Assembly (NCBI RefSeq): GCF_009914755.1
Contig: NC_060934.1
Origin: the human T2T-CHM13v2.0 reference genome, Homo sapiens
Reading direction: 5' to 3' (one strand)
Length of the DNA stretch: 64,000 nucleotides
Of this stretch, positions 60,170 through 64,000 are shown piece after piece (the first letter of the stretch is position 1; each line of letters opens with the position of its first letter). Both the position numbers and the translations under genes were made by a program. The notes under the pieces were generated by a model. That model was not told where the DNA came from. It saw only the letters and a program-made list of their open reading frames with translations, and searched no databases.

Positions 60170-60770
60170 CAAGCCCCGCCCCCGGGCCCTCGCGGTCAAA
60201 AGTAAGCCACCACCTTCTGGGAACAGTCAGAAGCAGAGTCCCGCCCCTGCTGTGGTCCCTGTCAGTCAAAGCTAGGCTCGGCTCCGCCTCCTTCCCGTTT
60301 CCCGAGCAACGGCTTTAGTACCTCAGGCCCCGATTCTCGCTCACCTTCCGGGTCGGAGCCTGGAAGCTACGTCTCAGATCCGCCTTCCCGCTGACCTCGA
60401 TCCTGCGCCGTTAAATCCACCAAGTCCCCCTCCCTCCTTTCCAATATCGAAACCCACGAATTCCCTAGCGCCAGCCCTTTGACTTCCTGCCCAAAAATCC
60501 GCGAGGTTTTCGAGGAATCACGCGAGGACTCTCCTCCTGGATCCCAAGCCCAGGTTTTTTTTTCAGCTGCCTCTGAGGCTGTTGGCTCTTTCTTCGGCGC
60601 CGTCCTCCTCCTTTCCCTCTCTCCACCCTTGCGCCTAACAGTCCAGGAAACGTTTGCTGAACTCTTAATTGTGGCTCTGTGGCCGGCGCTGGGTAGAAAT
60701 GGGCGGTTGGGTGAACAGAGAAGCTACCCTCTCACCTGCAGGGACACCGCGCGTGCCCGAAAGGCATGAA
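60170..60770. promoter_or_regulatory. Orphan CpG-rich promoter-like element
   Basis: GC boxes (ccccgcccc ~60174, cccgcccc ~60240), ETS cores (CTTCCGG 60345, ACTTCCTG 60482), local CpG enrichment, splice donors. Confidence 0.55.
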
Positions 60771-61465
60771 GGACAACCTTTTGCTAGGAATTGTGGAGGA
60801 ATCTTGATTCAGCTGTATTATCCCCAAAAGGGGAGTTTCCTAAGATGCTCCCTTCTCTCTTCTTTTATTATACACATCTTTTCCCTCATTGGGTCTCTCC
60901 TAGGCTCCAGTGTCAGCTCAGGCTGCCAGACAAAGGCAGCCTCCGCTCCAGGCCACAGCCTCCCATAGCTTCCTCCTTCCTGTCTTCTCAGACCAGCAAT
61001 GTTTGCAACTAAATAACGACCTGGAGAAGGCAGGAGGAACCTTGCATAGCTTGGACTACACACACAATCCCACATCCAACACATCCAGTAGGAAAATAAC
61101 CCCATGCCTTTAATAAAGAAACGAGAAGCTCCTTCAGGCTGAAGTGCTTGCTTATGGGGCAAGAGTTTGCTATGTTAACCTATAAATTAACCAGCTATGT
61201 TATTTTCCTTCCGACCTCTCCTCCTCTATCACCAGCAAGTCCTCATCAATTGACAATTTTTATTTCCCAAAAGGAACACTTTGGTTTGGGTTTTGAGATT
61301 ATTTTGTTGAAACCAACAGAAAATAATTGTGGCTAGCTTCAGTAAATAGGGGGAGATATTGGAAGGATTCTGCTATAGTTTTCATACCCAGAGATGGAGG
61401 TGAACAATAGGACTGGAAAGGACAAAGCCAACTTTGGGGGTGTCAGCAGCTGGAGTTTATGGGCA

Positions 61466-61633
61466 TGGCAATCCCCTTGAAAAGAGGCCTTGTATTGCCA
61501 AAAACTGCAATCACTTTTGCACCAACCTAACACTTTTACTGGAAAATCTATGTAACATAACCCCATCTGGGAAGTGAGGTACAGAAATCTCTGCGAAACA
61601 AAACCCTTAAGAACATTGTATAACAGAATTATC
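61466..61633 (+). repeat. 168-bp direct repeat, copy 2
   Basis: See copy 1. Confidence 0.92.
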
Positions 61634-61899
61634 CCTGCTTACTCCAAGTTTCAAAAACTGGAGCAGCTTAGATCAGTTGTGTACCCCTAGGAGGTGGCCA
61701 GGGGTCAGGGTCAACAGGCAAGGACATTGGACATTCAGGTTTACCTCTGACGTTGAGGCTGTAACCAAAGAAGGGCAATTGCTGTGAACTGGGAATCACC
61801 CTGATTGGTATTTACTACAACATGTACTACTGGCCCTATACAGATGTTTCTTTCCAGTTTAAATGAAAGCCCCACTGAGGGCAGGCACCATATCTTCAC

Positions 61900-62119
61900 T
61901 TTAAAATTGTAGTAAAAAACACATAACATGAAATGTACCATCTTAGCCATTTTTAAGTGTACAATAATGTTAACTATATTCACATTGTTGGCTGGGCATG
62001 GTGGCTCACACCTGTCATCCTAGCATTTTGGGAGGCCAAGGCAGGAGGAGCCCTTAAGCCCAGGAGTTTGAGACCAGCCTGGGCAATATAGGGAGACACT
62101 GTCTCAAAAAAAAATTTAC

Positions 62120-62154
<35 letters not shown>

Positions 62155-62240
62155 TATATATATTTTCACATTGTTGTGAAACAGGCTCCAGAACTTTCTC
62201 TTGCAATTCTGAAACTATATACCCATTAAACACCAATTCA
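61900..62240. mobile_element. L1 3'-end relic interrupted by an Alu monomer (~61990-62115) and (TA)n
   Basis: cataacatgaaatgtaccatcttagccatttttaagtgtaca L1M-like sequence; cacattgttg duplicated around the monomer. Confidence 0.6.
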
Positions 62241-63122
62241 TATATTTACTTTTAAATGCCCACAGCATCTACAATAGTGCCTGATCCACAGTAGGTACTC
62301 AATACTTATTTGCTCAATAAATAAATGAGGAATCCAAATGTGCCCTAATTCCCACCCATATATTGATCTCAGGTAAGGTCACAAACACAGTGGTTCTCAA
62401 TCTGTTTTATACCTCAACAAACGTAAAAATGTGACACCTTCAAAACAAATGATGGCTCACAGCTTTAGTGATTTTCAGCCTGGAGGATGGGGAAGGATGT
62501 CCTCCCAGGGAGTCATATCAGAATCTTGGGGGTAGCATGCCTTGAAAAATCCCCTGAGGAAGTGACGCTTGCCCCCTAGTTATTATAGTCAGCAAGATGA
62601 AGGAAGAACTCAGCTCCTCCCTCCCTCTTCTCTTGTCTCTTCAGGAGTTTCCAATGCAGAGAATGGGGTGTTGGAGAGAGTGTCTCATGTGTAATCAGAG
62701 CCACTCTCTCCAAGTCTGTTGTTTATCTGTTTCCCTGCACAAGCCAATGCCTAGTTCCTTTGGCAGTTCCCTGTGGGGCTGACCTACCCTTCACATCTGC
62801 AGCTTCTTGGGGCTGGCACCAAGCTGCTATCGCTTAAGGCAGGCTGGAAGGGAGACAACTTCACCGTACTGTTGTCCAGTTCCTAGAGAGTGGTCCCACA
62901 GCTGTGTTGCTTGGCCTTAGTGATATAGGATTTCATTTTCATGACCTTCTTTCCAAGGCACCAAGGCACAGTGGGGTGGGATGGTGATGCTGGTCAGTGA
63001 CGGTATCAGGTAAAACATCACCCTGCACTCTACCTGGCAGCATTACTTTCTAAATTCTCAAGTCTTCTGAGTCTGGTTCATCCTGCTGGATTTGTTCATC
63101 ACTGCTAATGATCTTTTCTTTC

Positions 63123-63845
<723 letters not shown>

Positions 63846-64000
63846 AAGAAAGAAAAAGGAAAGAAATAGAGAAAGAAAAAGAAAGAGAAAGAAAGGAGAG
63901 AAAGGGAGAGAAAGAGAAAGAAAAGAAAACAAAGGAATATCACTGGGCTGCATTTGGGTGTCAGACCTGCCCTCTGTAAACCCACCAGGTACTGTGCCTT

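Noticed and set aside
59323-61633. Direct repeats as the LTRs of a provirus or a miR-548-type MADE1 hairpin
   Set aside because: No TG...CA ends, PBS/PPT or internal ORFs; both TIRs are in the same orientation, so no hairpin forms.

Overview
Human (primate) genomic DNA. The translated proteins identify it as the gene-dense 10q24.31 cluster: SEMA4G (+, 3' end only), MRPL43 (-), TWNK (+), LZTS2 (+), PDZD7 (-) and SFXN3 (+). I built exon chains by hand from the splice sites. They close in frame at 159 aa (MRPL43), 684 aa (TWNK), 669 aa (LZTS2), 1033 aa (PDZD7) and 325 aa (SFXN3). There are two head-to-head promoter pairs (MRPL43/TWNK, PDZD7/SFXN3) and two convergent overlaps (SEMA4G/MRPL43, LZTS2/PDZD7). 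Repeats include many Alus (some nested or inverted), MIR/L2/MER relics and a solo HERV-K(HML-2) LTR5-type element. I found no wholly new gene system. The best leads are regulatory or structural: (1) a PDZD7 short-isoform terminal exon that is an inverted-Alu hairpin, with its UAG stop at a predicted A:C mismatch (possible ADAR stop recoding); (2) a MRPL43 exon encoded antisense inside the SEMA4G CDS; (3) a strong-Kozak overlapping uORF created by LZTS2 splicing; (4) a GC donor competing with a frameshifting GT in SFXN3; (5) a degenerate duplicate of PDZD7 exon 10 and its donor; (6) 168-bp, 97%-identical direct repeats flanking an orphan CpG-rich promoter-like segment. Repeat boundaries are approximate and were read by eye.
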